A stretch of DNA of 61,067 nucleotides, filler included. It is 5 parts of 5 records of this genome, joined end to end, with 100 filler letters (N's around TTAATTAATTAA, not from the genome) between each part and the next. Parts side by side here need not be neighbours in the genome. Positions count along the whole stretch, not along the records: positions 40,504 to 55,121 come from SRR31147125_2577; 4 more parts are not named here. One strand, given 5' to 3'. Shown piece after piece: positions 40,515 through 51,491 of the stretch. Below the pieces are notes generated by a model. It had not been told where the DNA came from and made no database searches. It was given only the letters and a program-made list of their open reading frames with translations. Position 1 is the first letter of the stretch, and every line of letters begins with the position of its first letter. The position numbers were made by a program, and so were the translations under genes.

Positions 40515-42923
40515 TTATTCATACCGCAACGCCTCAACCGGATTCGCCGTCGCCGCCCGGATTGCCTGCCAGCTTATTGTGAACAAGGCAATTACCAAAG
40601 CAGCCACTCCCGCAAGCAAAAACGGCCAGATTGTTAAATCAATCCTGTAGGCAAAGTTTTGCAGCCATTTGTTTGCAAAATACCATGCAATAGTCCAGGA
40701 AAAAATATTTGCTAACAGAATCCATTTGGTAAAATCTTTTGTAAGCATATACACAATACCTGGCACCGATGCTCCGATGATTTTTCGAATACCAATTTCT
40801 TTAATTCTTTGTTCGACAGAAAACGCTACCAATCCCAAAAGCCCCATGCATGATGTAAAAATTGTTAAAACTGTAAATATTTGAAACAATTTTGACAGAC
40901 GCATTTCAGAACGATAAATCTGATTTATCCGTTCATCCAGAAAAGAATATTCAAATTCATTTTTGTTAATACTCATCCATTTAGTTTGAACTTTATCAAG
41001 CACATCTTTAATATTGTTGGATTGGAAGCGTATCATAACATAATGCAAATCAGGACTGTCCATCCTGAGAACAACGGGGGTAATTGTTTCATGCATCGGT
41101 CTAAAATGAAAATCTTTGACTACGCCAATGACAGTATAATCGATCGGCGCTCTCTCCTTTTCACTAAATGTGGTAACGCATTTAACCTGTTTACCAACAG
41201 GATTTTCCCAGCCAAAATGTTTTGCTGCAGTTTCATTTATAATTAGAGCCTGATTTTTGTCATTTATAGTTTTTCTGAATTGTCTTCCCTGGACAATATC
41301 AAATCCCAGGGTAGGAACAATATCAAAATCGACATAAGTAGTCAATATCAGTTCACTTTGCGAGGAAAGGCTGCCTTCCGGTACATAATTTCCATAAAAG
41401 GATGCAAAACCTGGAGCATGTGACATAGCAGAAACATCAAAAATTTCAGGGATACTTTTCAGTTCCTGTTTTAAAGTATTATAATATTTTTTCGGTCCTA
41501 ACTTTACCATCAAAATCTGTTCTTTATCGAATCCCAATTCTTTGTCTTTAATAAAATGCAGTTGCTTTATTGTAAATATCGCACTAATAATCAATGCAAT
41601 GGAAATTGTGAATTGCCCGACGAGTAATACTTTGCTAAACAACAATTTTCTGGGTCCATTGGTTGTTTTTTTCAATACGTGAAAAGGTTGAAACGCAGAG
41701 AGGATAAATGCAGGATATCCACCGGCAAGAAACGCTGTAGTTAAAATAATGCCGGTAGAAAACAGGATCATGTGTACTTTAGATATAAAACCAAACGAAA
41801 TGTCCTGCCCCAGGAATGAACTAACGTATGGCAGCAAAACCTGAGCAAGGCAGATCGAGATGGCAAAGGCAATCAAAACAACCAGGAACGTTTCACCAAT
41901 AAACTGTGCAAAAATGCTTGTTTGGTGTGCACCTACCACCTTTCTAATGCCGATTTCTCGTGTGCGTTTTATAGAGCGGGCAATGGAAAGATTAATGAAA
42001 TTAATGCAGACAACAACCAGCAAAAATATGGCAATAGCAGCGTAAATATATAAATAGGTAATATTAAAATTAATGTTATGTTCGTGCTTTAGGCTGGAAT
42101 ACAAATGAATAGACTTTAGTGGCTGTAAGGTACTCTTCCAGTCCGATACATTTATCCCAAATTGCTTTAAATCATCTGCCATATATCTATGAATGAATGG
42201 GGTTAGTTTACTATCAACATGCTTTGCACTGGCGGTTTCACGAATTTTGATATATGTATAGGCGGTAATATTCATCCAGTTCTCAAAGTAAGCCGGATCA
42301 TCATATAAAAAAGTTTCCATGGAAATGAACATTCTTGGCTGAAAATGTGATTTTTGAGGCACATTTTCCATAATCCCGGTTACCACCAGATTGTTAAATC
42401 CTTTACATTTGATAATTTTACCAATCGGATCTTCTTCCTTGAACAGTTTGGCAGCAATATCCTGATTAATGACAACAGAGTTACGTCTATTTAACGCTGT
42501 TTTTGGATCACCATTTAAGAGATTGAATGAAAAAACATCAAATATCCGGGCATCCGCACTAAAAATTGCATTTTCAAATATCTGGTTATCTTTGTACCTA
42601 ACTTTTTCTTTATGCTCCCCTGCCAGTTCACGAAAACGAATGGCCGCTTCAATTTCAGGCAAATCTTTTTCAAGATAGGGTCCCATTGCAATGGGTGATA
42701 AAGCTGTATTGATCTCTTCGTTGTTCATTTTCCCATGCAAATTTACCCGATAAATTCTGTCAGCGTTATCATGAAATGCATCATAATTTACATGACCTGC
42801 GATAATGAGGGCAATGATGAAGCAACAGGTCATACCTATTACTAGACCAATTACATTAATTGTTGTATAGCTTTTGTTTTTCATTAAATTTCGAAACGAA
42901 ATTATTAGATAATTTTTAATCAT
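40515..42923 (-). CDS. ABC transporter permease, duplicated MacB_PCD/FtsX architecture
   Basis: MIKNYLIISFRNL, two REIGIRK-type motifs and the terminus ANPVEALRYE. Confidence 0.93.
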   Translation of the reverse strand: MIKNYLIISFRNLMKNKSYTTINVIGLVIGMTCCFIIALIIAGHVNYDAFHDNADRIYRVNLHGKMNNEEINTALSPIAMGPYLEKDLPEIEAAIRFRELAGEHKEKVRYKDNQIFENAIFSADARIFDVFSFNLLNGDPKTALNRRNSVVINQDIAAKLFKEEDPIGKIIKCKGFNNLVVTGIMENVPQKSHFQPRMFISMETFLYDDPAYFENWMNITAYTYIKIRETASAKHVDSKLTPFIHRYMADDLKQFGINVSDWKSTLQPLKSIHLYSSLKHEHNINFNITYLYIYAAIAIFLLVVVCINFINLSIARSIKRTREIGIRKVVGAHQTSIFAQFIGETFLVVLIAFAISICLAQVLLPYVSSFLGQDISFGFISKVHMILFSTGIILTTAFLAGGYPAFILSAFQPFHVLKKTTNGPRKLLFSKVLLVGQFTISIALIISAIFTIKQLHFIKDKELGFDKEQILMVKLGPKKYYNTLKQELKSIPEIFDVSAMSHAPGFASFYGNYVPEGSLSSQSELILTTYVDFDIVPTLGFDIVQGRQFRKTINDKNQALIINETAAKHFGWENPVGKQVKCVTTFSEKERAPIDYTVIGVVKDFHFRPMHETITPVVLRMDSPDLHYVMIRFQSNNIKDVLDKVQTKWMSINKNEFEYSFLDERINQIYRSEMRLSKLFQIFTVLTIFTSCMGLLGLVAFSVEQRIKEIGIRKIIGASVPGIVYMLTKDFTKWILLANIFSWTIAWYFANKWLQNFAYRIDLTIWPFLLAGVAALVIALFTISWQAIRAATANPVEALRYE

Positions 42924-42935
42924 GATTTTTCCTTT

Positions 42936-43188
42936 TTATTCATACCTCAACGCATCCACCGGATTCGCCGTGGCTTTCCAGGAATACGTTACCAGGCTGG
43001 TATGCGACCACTCGGCAAATTCGAACAAACTTTTCTTGGTAACGGTCGAAGCTAAACTCATAGAGAGTATAAATCATAATTAGGGTAGAACAAGCCATGC
43101 CAACTGAGAGCCCGGTGATATTCATGAGCGAATTCACTTTTTGTTTTTTTATTTTTCTTAAAGCTAAATTTATATAGTTCGCTAGCTT
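42936..43188 (-). pseudogene. Internally deleted ABC permease paralog
   Basis: (AAG)LANYINLALRKIKKQKVNSLMNITGLSVGMAC... is fused out of frame to KATANPVDALRYE-stop. The expected start codon reads AAG after GAGGGG. Confidence 0.8.
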
Positions 43189-43270
43189 GTTCCCCTCTAA
43201 CCTTGTTTAAATAATCAATACTATTGGTAGATCAGAATTCACTTTGCTTATATTACTCCGTATAGCTCAT

Positions 43271-43286
43271 AGCACAAAGCATGCCA
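43271..43286 (-). promoter_or_regulatory. Sigma54 (-24/-12) promoter
   Basis: The minus strand reads TGGCATGCTTTGTGCT (GG-N10-GC), about 80 nt upstream of the permease array. Confidence 0.65.
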
Positions 43287-43347
43287 TTCAAATTTAGGCT
43301 TCATTTCCGCCTAACTATTTTAAAATAATTGGGTTTAAGATCACTAG

Positions 43348-43401
43348 TTCATTACACTGGGTGCACGGTTTCATTACACAAGGTGCACGGATTCGTGCAC
43401 C
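43348..43401. promoter_or_regulatory. Putative enhancer (UAS): 22-bp tandem repeat plus palindrome
   Basis: TTCATTACACTGGGTGCACGGT / TTCATTACACAAGGTGCACGGA, overlapping GGTGCACG-GATT-CGTGCACC. Confidence 0.55.
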
Positions 43402-43715
43402 AGTTCCAATGGCGATTCTTATATCCCTTCGGAACCAACAAACCACTATAAAACTTGACCGGACACAAATTGAATATTGTGGATGAACGTTTCTTTATGT
43501 TTTTGTAATCGTTATAATATATATAGTGGAAATGCTGGTCCCCTTATTTTTTTTCAGATACCAATATGTTAGGTTACCTATATCAATACCTTATAATAGT
43601 TAAAATATAAAACCTCTCTTCAAAATTCACGTTTTGTTTTCGCTAATTTATGATTAAATTAAATCCTTGAACCAGCAACCAGGCTATTTTCAAAATAAGT
43701 GACGGAGTTTTTTGA

Positions 43716-44116
43716 ATGGATAATAAATATGATTTTCAACTGGACTTTAAAGTACGAGATTACGAGTGTGATTTTCAGGGCATTGTCAATAATGCGGTTT
43801 ATCAAAATTATCTTGAACATACCCGAAGTGAATTTCTGCAATCAAACGGACTGAGTGTAACGGATCTGGCAAAGAAAAATATCAACCTGATTGTCATGAA
43901 AATTGAGATCAATTACAAATATCCTCTGAGGGCAGGAGATCGTTTTTATGTGACATTAAAAATGGACAAAATATCGCGGCTCAAATTTGGTTTTTTCAGG
44001 AAATATATCGTTATCCGGATGAAAAGTTAATCTTGAATGCAAATGTTATTGGGACATCCATCAATGAAAAGGGTCGACCGTCTCTTGTAAAAGAAATTTC
44101 TGATTTTTTCAGCTAA
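43716..44116 (+). CDS. Acyl-CoA thioesterase (YbgC/FadM-like hot-dog fold); C-terminus split by a 1-nt deletion
   Basis: VRDYECDFQGIVNNAVYQNYLEHTR. One T added at ~43995 gives FFQEIYRYPDEKLILNANVIG...-stop at 44116. Confidence 0.85.
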
Positions 44117-44200
44117 CTTTTTCCTGACAATTGTGTCCAGAAATACGGCTGGCGTTTTACGAGTAGATATTCTAATTGAGGTTGACTCTGGATTCACAGA

Positions 44201-44234
44201 AAAACAGGCCTGACTGAAAAGCTAGGCCTGTTTT
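44201..44234. terminator. Bidirectional intrinsic terminator
   Basis: AAAACAGGCCT...AGGCCTGTTTT between convergent genes. Confidence 0.75.
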
Positions 44235-44246
44235 GTATCCGAATTA

Positions 44247-45584
44247 TTACAAATTTATGAGTTCAGAAATTTTAACGAGTCTTTTCTCGTCAACACTCTT
44301 GCGAGCGGCAATACCGGTCATGATGGACATGGCGCCATCGCGAGATCCGGCTGCCTGTTTATATGGATCCGGCATACCAGGTGTAAAGACCATTTCCCGC
44401 AGGAGATTGTCTCCTCCACCATGTCCTCCCTTGGTGTGCTTTACAATAATTTTCTCAGTTTTACCAAAATTCTTGGTCACTCGAATTTCATCCTGCGCAG
44501 GAACCTTCCAGGGTTGTCGTTCATGTATCCATGCTTCCATTCTGCCTTTCATGCCGTTAAAGGCAATGCGGTATCCTTCATAGGGCATAAAAGCGTTCAA
44601 TGAGTAGCTCATGTGAACATCATTACTGTATTTAACCTCTACAGCCATGGTATCCCAAATATTTACATCATTACGGAAAACACAACCATCACGAGTGTAT
44701 CCATCTGCTTTTTCACAATTCACATAGAGTTTTGTATATAATTTGTGTTTTGTAATATCCCAGTAAAAATCGCATTTATCTTTGAATGGACATCCTCTGC
44801 ATGTATTATTTCTGAAGGGTCCCATCCTGCCATATTTTTTAAGCTGACCATGAGAAAACACTTCCACAGGATCTGCGTCGAGCCACCAGTTTACAAGATC
44901 GAAATGGTGAGTTGCTTTGTGAACATATAATGAGCCGCCTTTTTCACGTAATCGATGCCATCTGCGAAAATAATCAGCACCGTGATGAATGTCCAGATAC
45001 CAGTGAAAATCGACAGACACAATATCACCTATTTCACCGGACATCAGGATATCTTTCATTGTCCGGCGGTGCGGAGAATACCGATAATTAAATGTAACAA
45101 TGATTTTTCGACCCGTTCTTTTTTCAGCATCGATTATATCCTGACATTTTTTTTCATCTGTGGTCATTGGTTTCTCTGTGATGATATCACAACCCAGTTC
45201 CATACCTCGTATGATGTACTCGTCATGGGTTGCATCAACAGTTGTTACAATAACAAACTGAGGTTTGGTTTCATTGACCATTTTGTCAAAATCTGTGTAC
45301 ACTGGCACATCAACGCCTATCAGGTCTTTCGATACCTCCACACGTAGTGGATTAATATCGCACAATCCAACTAGCTCAACTTTATGTCCCAGCTGATCAA
45401 GCAATCGTTTACCCCACATACCGGTCCCGCGAGATCCGGTACCAACGATGGCAAATTTAATTTTATCTTTTAAGGAAAAGCATGAAACAGGGGATAAAAC
45501 AGAATAACCTGCTGTTACAGCTGCCACTTTTGCCGTTCCGGAAATAAATTCTCTTCGTGACGAATTACCTGATTTTTCACTCAT
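44247..45584 (-). CDS. Gfo/Idh/MocA family oxidoreductase with Tat signal
   Basis: Motifs SRREFI, AIVGTGSRG, EKPM, HKATHHFD and GHGGGD. Confidence 0.9.
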   Translation of the reverse strand: MSEKSGNSSRREFISGTAKVAAVTAGYSVLSPVSCFSLKDKIKFAIVGTGSRGTGMWGKRLLDQLGHKVELVGLCDINPLRVEVSKDLIGVDVPVYTDFDKMVNETKPQFVIVTTVDATHDEYIIRGMELGCDIITEKPMTTDEKKCQDIIDAEKRTGRKIIVTFNYRYSPHRRTMKDILMSGEIGDIVSVDFHWYLDIHHGADYFRRWHRLREKGGSLYVHKATHHFDLVNWWLDADPVEVFSHGQLKKYGRMGPFRNNTCRGCPFKDKCDFYWDITKHKLYTKLYVNCEKADGYTRDGCVFRNDVNIWDTMAVEVKYSNDVHMSYSLNAFMPYEGYRIAFNGMKGRMEAWIHERQPWKVPAQDEIRVTKNFGKTEKIIVKHTKGGHGGGDNLLREMVFTPGMPDPYKQAAGSRDGAMSIMTGIAARKSVDEKRLVKISELINL

Positions 45585-46179
45585 TATCTAGTTTCCTTTT
45601 TTTATAAAACCCTGAGACTATTATAAATAACCTTGTGACTACCAATCGGACCTGAAATTTTTGCTAAGGACAAGTAGTGAATAATAGGTTCACCACTGAT
45701 GGGACTATATAAAAGTGGGGAAAAAATATAGGAATTGTTCAGTTATGAGTCAAGTGATTTAAATCTCCCCGCAAATGCAGTCATACAATTTAATTATACG
45801 ACTAAAATAAACAGAATAAATCTGCTATTGCACAATTTCCACATTATCTTTACATTGCATCCTGAATTTTACGGGTAAAAATATTCCTATAGATAAATAT
45901 GAATTCCAGGAGATTTTTTTATTACAATATTTCATACACTGAACAATTCTTCGGTTATAAGCAATTATTTTATGTGAATCACAAAACAAATTCTCCTCTA
46001 CTTCAATCAAATTGCATATGATTTTATATCAAAAGATGACAAAATAGAAACAGTCTATACCCTATTTTATTATACGCATTTTAAACCTATTTTTCATTAT
46101 TTTCTTATAGGTTTCCTAGACAAAAGTACAGGATTGAAAAATACAAGATATGAATTAATGTTTAATCCTCTAAAATAAA

Positions 46180-47229
46180 GTGAGAAAAATAGTGACATTC
46201 CTGGACGAAATCCGTCAACAACCCAGAGCACTGTATGATCTTTTTCGTTTTTTTAAAAGTAACCCCGAGTCAATACAAAAGCTAAGATCATTGCTAACAA
46301 AAGCATCGATCAATCAAATTATCTTTACAGGTATGGGTAGTTCTCTTTTTGCCTCCTATGTACCATGTCATTTTCTGAGACAACGTGGATTTCGCGCCCT
46401 GGCTATGGAGTCAAATGAGTTACTTCATTATGCTGATGTTATGCTTGACGAATCAAGTCTGGTCATTCTCGTCTCACAATCCGGAAAAAGTCCGGAACCT
46501 CTTTTATTGGCAAAAAAATTAAAAGAGAAAAATATATTAACAGTCTCTGTAACAAACGAAATAAACAGCGAATTGAGTCTTTTGGGAAATATTCATCTTG
46601 AATTAACCGCAGGAACAGAATTACACACAACGTCAAAAACATACACAAATTCAATAGCTCTATTGATGATCCTGGCTTATATCCTGACAAATGATTCAGA
46701 TAATAGTTTAAATTCACTTTATAAAATGCTTATTGCTGCGGCAGACCATATGAAAAAGATACTGAACGACACCCAACGAGTGCACCACATTGCTGATTTT
46801 TTTCAAAACAGTCATTTTTTTGCCCACATTGGCTCCGGAGCATCCTATGCAACAGCCAGTCAGGGTGAACTCATTATGGTAGAAGCGGCACATGTCTATT
46901 CCTCCAGATACACGACAGGACAATTTATTCATGGGCCTCTCGAAAATGTAGATGAGAATTTTGCAGCCATTATCCACGATTTTGATCCGGCTTTCAGGAC
47001 ATCAGTTGACAACATCATTCGGGATATATCCAACTATGATGGTAAAGCTTTGTTACTCACGAATCGAAAAATGCTCCCGAAGATTAAAAACGTTTCTACT
47101 TTTCCCATTCATTTTGAAAATCCAAACCTCTCCCCAATCCTGGAAATAATGCCTATAGAACTCATGGTTCATGAAATTGGAATAAGAAAAAATATCCAGC
47201 CTGGTGTATTGCAAAGAACTGCTAAATAA
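46180..47229 (+). CDS. SIS-domain phosphosugar isomerase/deaminase (GlmS-C/AgaS-like)
   Basis: Motifs EIRQQP, TGMGSS, VSQSGKS, SKTYT and FIHGPLE. Confidence 0.88.
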   Translation: MRKIVTFLDEIRQQPRALYDLFRFFKSNPESIQKLRSLLTKASINQIIFTGMGSSLFASYVPCHFLRQRGFRALAMESNELLHYADVMLDESSLVILVSQSGKSPEPLLLAKKLKEKNILTVSVTNEINSELSLLGNIHLELTAGTELHTTSKTYTNSIALLMILAYILTNDSDNSLNSLYKMLIAAADHMKKILNDTQRVHHIADFFQNSHFFAHIGSGASYATASQGELIMVEAAHVYSSRYTTGQFIHGPLENVDENFAAIIHDFDPAFRTSVDNIIRDISNYDGKALLLTNRKMLPKIKNVSTFPIHFENPNLSPILEIMPIELMVHEIGIRKNIQPGVLQRTAK

Positions 47230-47231
47230 AG

Positions 47232-47260
47232 AAAAGGACATCTTTGGGGATGTCCTTTTT
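47232..47260. terminator. Bidirectional intrinsic terminator
   Basis: AAAAGGACATC-TTTGGG-GATGTCCTTTTT between convergent genes. Confidence 0.8.
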
Positions 47261-47362
47261 ATGATCGCATATTCAATTAAAACATTATCTTACCAGAATG
47301 TGAAATTCATCTAAACAATCCCCTTTAAAGCCAATTATACAACTAAATAGTCTCAAGGTACA

Positions 47363-48993
47363 CTATTTTCTATTTGATCCCAGGTACAATATGTCTGGTG
47401 AAAGTGCTTTCTCATTTTCAGCAATTTTTCCGACGTTCAACAGATCATTATTCATTAGAGAAATTTGCCTGGAGCTATCATCAAGTTTGAGAAATGTATT
47501 CACTTTAAAAGAAGGCTGACACCCGGAAATAAAAGCACCGTTTACCCCTTTGAACCACATCAAAGCTGGGGCATCAGGTGAAAGCTCTGCGTCAACATCA
47601 TAAACGGAAAGATTCATTATGTCATCAAAAACCATTGCTGGTCTGTGGTCCATATTCGTAAAGTCCAAATAGACATGCTGATAATTTAAATTTTTCGCGT
47701 GCCGGCAATAAAATCCATAGGCTGGAAGTGTTCCAAACATACGTGCTCGTGGATAGGCCTCAGGCATTTCATCAACATTTTTCATGGCGTCTTCCAAAAG
47801 CCCCCCACCCTTACAAGATATACGGATATTTTTTAATGTTATATTCTCCACGGGATAATCAGGTAGACCGGTAATGGAGCATCCGGTACTGCCACTATTT
47901 ATAGCCTGGATATTACTGATAATCACATTTTTTAACGATCCCATACCAGGCTTGACCGCGCCCTCTTCCATTACAAAAGTACCTTTGGCACCACCCGGAC
48001 CTTTGGATCTGACAGGCCGGGCTCTGTTCCCCAATCGAATAAAAATAGGAACCTCAATATTTTCCATTGTTACATCTGATACATTAATACGATTTAATTC
48101 GCCTCCATCTACCTCCTCCAGAGAGATACCTGAGGGAGAATCATACATGGTACAATTATTTAACGTGATATCTTGAAAACCGCCATTTGATTCTGTGCCC
48201 AATTTGAAAACATTAGTGGCCGAACTAAGAACACAATTTGTCACGGTCACAAAACGGCATACCTTTTCTGTCGTGGCTTTCAGCACAATCGCATCATCGC
48301 CACTGTTAATGTAGCAATTGGCGATGCGTACTTTGAGACAGCTGTCTATATCAATTCCATCGTTATTAACATGTCTGCGCCTGGCATCTACGGTTATACC
48401 ATCAATCAATACATTTTCACATACCAGATAATGCTGAACCCACATGGGAGAATTGATTATCTTTATATCTTTTACAGTCACATTCGTACATTCAACGATA
48501 CGAATCATGTAAGGCCGAACCTTGTAAGGACCGGAAAAGGCAGTTCCTTGACCGTCCAGCACTCCGCGTCCCATGATGGTAATATTATCTACCTTTTCTG
48601 CATAAATAAGACTCTTGTCTGTGTAATTTTCTGTATAAGTTCGTATTTCTGATTTTGTGACAGGATAATCATCCAGATTCGTGCTTCCTAATAGTTTTGC
48701 GCCTGATTCAAAATAGAGGGTGACATTGTCTTTAAAAAAAATTGTTCCGGATAAAAAAGACCCATTTCCCAAATAAACCTTTCCACCCCGGCTTTCGCAC
48801 AGTCATCTATGGCAGCTTGTATGGCTTTGGTATCAAGCTGAGAGCCATCGCCTTTAGCGCCATAATCATAAACATTAAACGTGCCAGATCCGGATGTTTT
48901 GGCGAATCCTTGAGAAGATAATAAATCAAATAACAATAGTGCTATTACAATGACCAGATTCTGGTTTGAGAATTGCCAAATTGCTTTATTCAA
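47363..48993 (-). CDS. Glycoside hydrolase family 28 (polygalacturonase-like); N-terminus split by a 1-nt deletion
   Basis: NVYDYGAKGDG..DTKAIQAAID, then +1 G at ~48788 (AGGGKVYLGNG), then NNDGIDID, GDDAIVLK and KLGTES. Confidence 0.88.
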
Positions 48994-49059
48994 GGTGTAC
49001 CTCCAGCAATAAGAATAATTTTTTTATTTTTTTTAAATAGTCGATTTACAGAAATGAGA

Positions 49060-49104
49060 AAAAAACACCCCAAGAAACACAAAATTATATTTGGGGTGTT
49101 TTTT
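49060..49104 (-). terminator. Intrinsic terminator after the TonB-domain gene
   Basis: AAAAAACACCCCAA ... TTGGGGTGTTTTTT. Confidence 0.65.
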
Positions 49105-49173
49105 TATTAAAAAGAGGTTATAGGAAATAAGAATAAATACTTTTTTATCATAGTATTACAAAAACATGTTTCC

Positions 49174-49986
49174 CTAGATTTTTCCGACATACTCTTCTGC
49201 TTCCTCTTTTAAATCTTCATCTATAGCTTCCGGATATTGTTCCTTTAAAAATTTATAAATCGTTTCCAGATAAACGTCTTTTTCTCTGAGTAGAATCGTA
49301 TGTTCCCTGGCTAATTTTCTTATACGCAGGATATCATCCTTTATCAATTCAAGCATCGTATTTTCAGCAAACGTTTTTTCATCTGCATCCGGATACCGTA
49401 AAACAAAATCATGATATACAACAAACTTTAATGGCCATTTAACCCACATAAACTTCCACTGTTCATAAACCTCTTGCAAAACAAATAACTTGAGAAATGA
49501 ATTGTAATTATTATAAGGATGTTTATTCATCTCGATGATGTAACCTTCATGAGTAAAGAGAATTTCTTTATAAAGCGCGCTTTTCTCTTCATCAGAAGCC
49601 TGTTCTATCTGTAAGAAAAGATTATTGACTTTTGCAGCGTATTCGCGTGGCACAAAAAAGGCTGTTTCAATATTATAATTTACAAGCCATGTCATCCATA
49701 CACTTTTATCTTGACCGGATTTACGGGCAGGTTTAAATTTTAATTGGTGAGCATATTCCAGAGCCGCATCATCAAGTATTTTATGTCCCGATGATTCCTT
49801 TAAATATGCTTGAGTAACATTACCTTTCTCTGTTACAAACATAATCATGGATACACTACCTTCAATGCCATTCAATCGTGCTTCTTGTGGATACGGTGGT
49901 TCTGTTTCGTCTAATAAAACTGGTGGCTTTAATCCGGCACAGCTTACAACCAATATCGTGATTAATAGTAACATTATTCTGTACAT
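49174..49986 (-). CDS. Lipoprotein with TonB C-terminal domain plus an unknown helical domain (paralog 1)
   Basis: Lipobox-like LVVSC, then PPYPQEARLNGIEGSV, SSGHKILDDAALE and FKPA. Confidence 0.8.
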   Translation of the reverse strand: MYRIMLLLITILVVSCAGLKPPVLLDETEPPYPQEARLNGIEGSVSMIMFVTEKGNVTQAYLKESSGHKILDDAALEYAHQLKFKPARKSGQDKSVWMTWLVNYNIETAFFVPREYAAKVNNLFLQIEQASDEEKSALYKEILFTHEGYIIEMNKHPYNNYNSFLKLFVLQEVYEQWKFMWVKWPLKFVVYHDFVLRYPDADEKTFAENTMLELIKDDILRIRKLAREHTILLREKDVYLETIYKFLKEQYPEAIDEDLKEEAEEYVGKI

Positions 49987-50358
49987 GAGATCCTCCTAAT
50001 ATTCAAATCATTTTTTGAAAAGCCTTTGTTTCACATCATCTATGTATTAATTAATATGTTAGATAACCTGTTTTTTATTTAACTTTAAAGAAAAACGTTG
50101 TTCATTATTCCACAAACTTGTTTATTGTTGATTTCTTTTGTACAAAAGCGGAATCTTTTATTCTTTTATTGAAATTTATTAATTTAAAGCATCATCAGTC
50201 AATGAATGGTATGCTAAAACACGTTGATTATTAGAATCTGTCCGTTTGAAGATCATACTATATCATTGTTAACAGGCACTATTTTCTACAAATCAGTTAT
50301 CAAGGTGATTTCCGGATAATTATTCATGGCAAGACGTAACACCTGTTTAAGCTATAAA

Positions 50359-51188
50359 TCAAGAATGATTACCCCTGATTATTTTCACATTATATTTCTT
50401 TGCTTCTTTCAACATGTCCTTATCCAATGCATGTGGATATTTGTTGACCAGAAATTCATAAAGTGCTTTTATATATCGTTCTCTTTCCCTGCTGGTAAGT
50501 TTTCTGTATCCGTATCCTGATTTTATTCGGGTCAAATCATCTTTGATGAGTTCCAAAAGTTTATTTGTTGCATATGTCACCTGTTTAGATTCAGGATAAC
50601 GCATTAAAAAATCCTGATAAACAACAAAACGTAATGGCCACCTGTTCCAAATAACTTTCCATTGCTCATATACATTAGGAAGAATAATTTTTTTAAAAAT
50701 GAATTATAGTTATTTTCAAAATTAATGCTCAGGCTTCTTACATAGCCATCATGGGTATACAAAATCTCCGGCAATAACGCCTCCCTCTCTTTGAGTGAGG
50801 CTTGCTCTAACTGCTGCATCAGATCACGAACTTTAACAACATAATCCCTTGCTACAAAATAAGCCGGTATGATTTTATATTCCAACGACCATTTGAGCCA
50901 TACAGCTTTGGGTTCACCTGAAAAAGTAGCAGGACGGAATTTCATTTTTTCTGTATACTCGAGTGCCGCATCATCAAGTAGTTTATGACCAGACGATTCT
51001 TTTATTCGAGCAAGGACGACTTTGCCTGTTTCTGAAATAAATAGATACAAGGACACCTTACCCTCAATTCCCGCCAGTTTTGCCTCTGGTGGGTAATAAG
51101 GTTCAATGTCTTCCATTAGAGAAGGAGGCTTTAGACCAGCACAATGGATAAGAAGAATGATTAAGAAAAGTAAAATTATTCTATACAT
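50359..51188 (-). CDS. Lipoprotein with TonB C-terminal domain (paralog 2; split by a 1-nt deletion)
   Basis: YPPEAKLAGIEGKV and SSGHKLLDDAALE. One added base at ~50690 gives VYEQWKVIWNRWPLRFVVYQDFLMRYPE, matching paralog 1. Confidence 0.8.
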
Positions 51189-51491
51189 ATTTCACCACAT
51201 GATATAGGTCAATGTTTATGTACACATCACTGTTACCCTAATTCCATATCATGATGAATAATGCAGCAGTCAGATATAAGGTGTTTTATACTTAACTTTC
51301 GCCTTTATCTACTTAAAAGCTGTTTCAGGGTGATATATTCCCTTTATCTCAAGGAATTGTTTGAATGAGGAAAAATGTAAATTACCATATTTGCCAGGTG
51401 CCCTCAAGACCTCTTTTTCATTTTTTACTAAAATATACAGAGGTCCTGGGCACATAGGAAAATACTTTACTCAGGCAGGATATGTCCGTGA

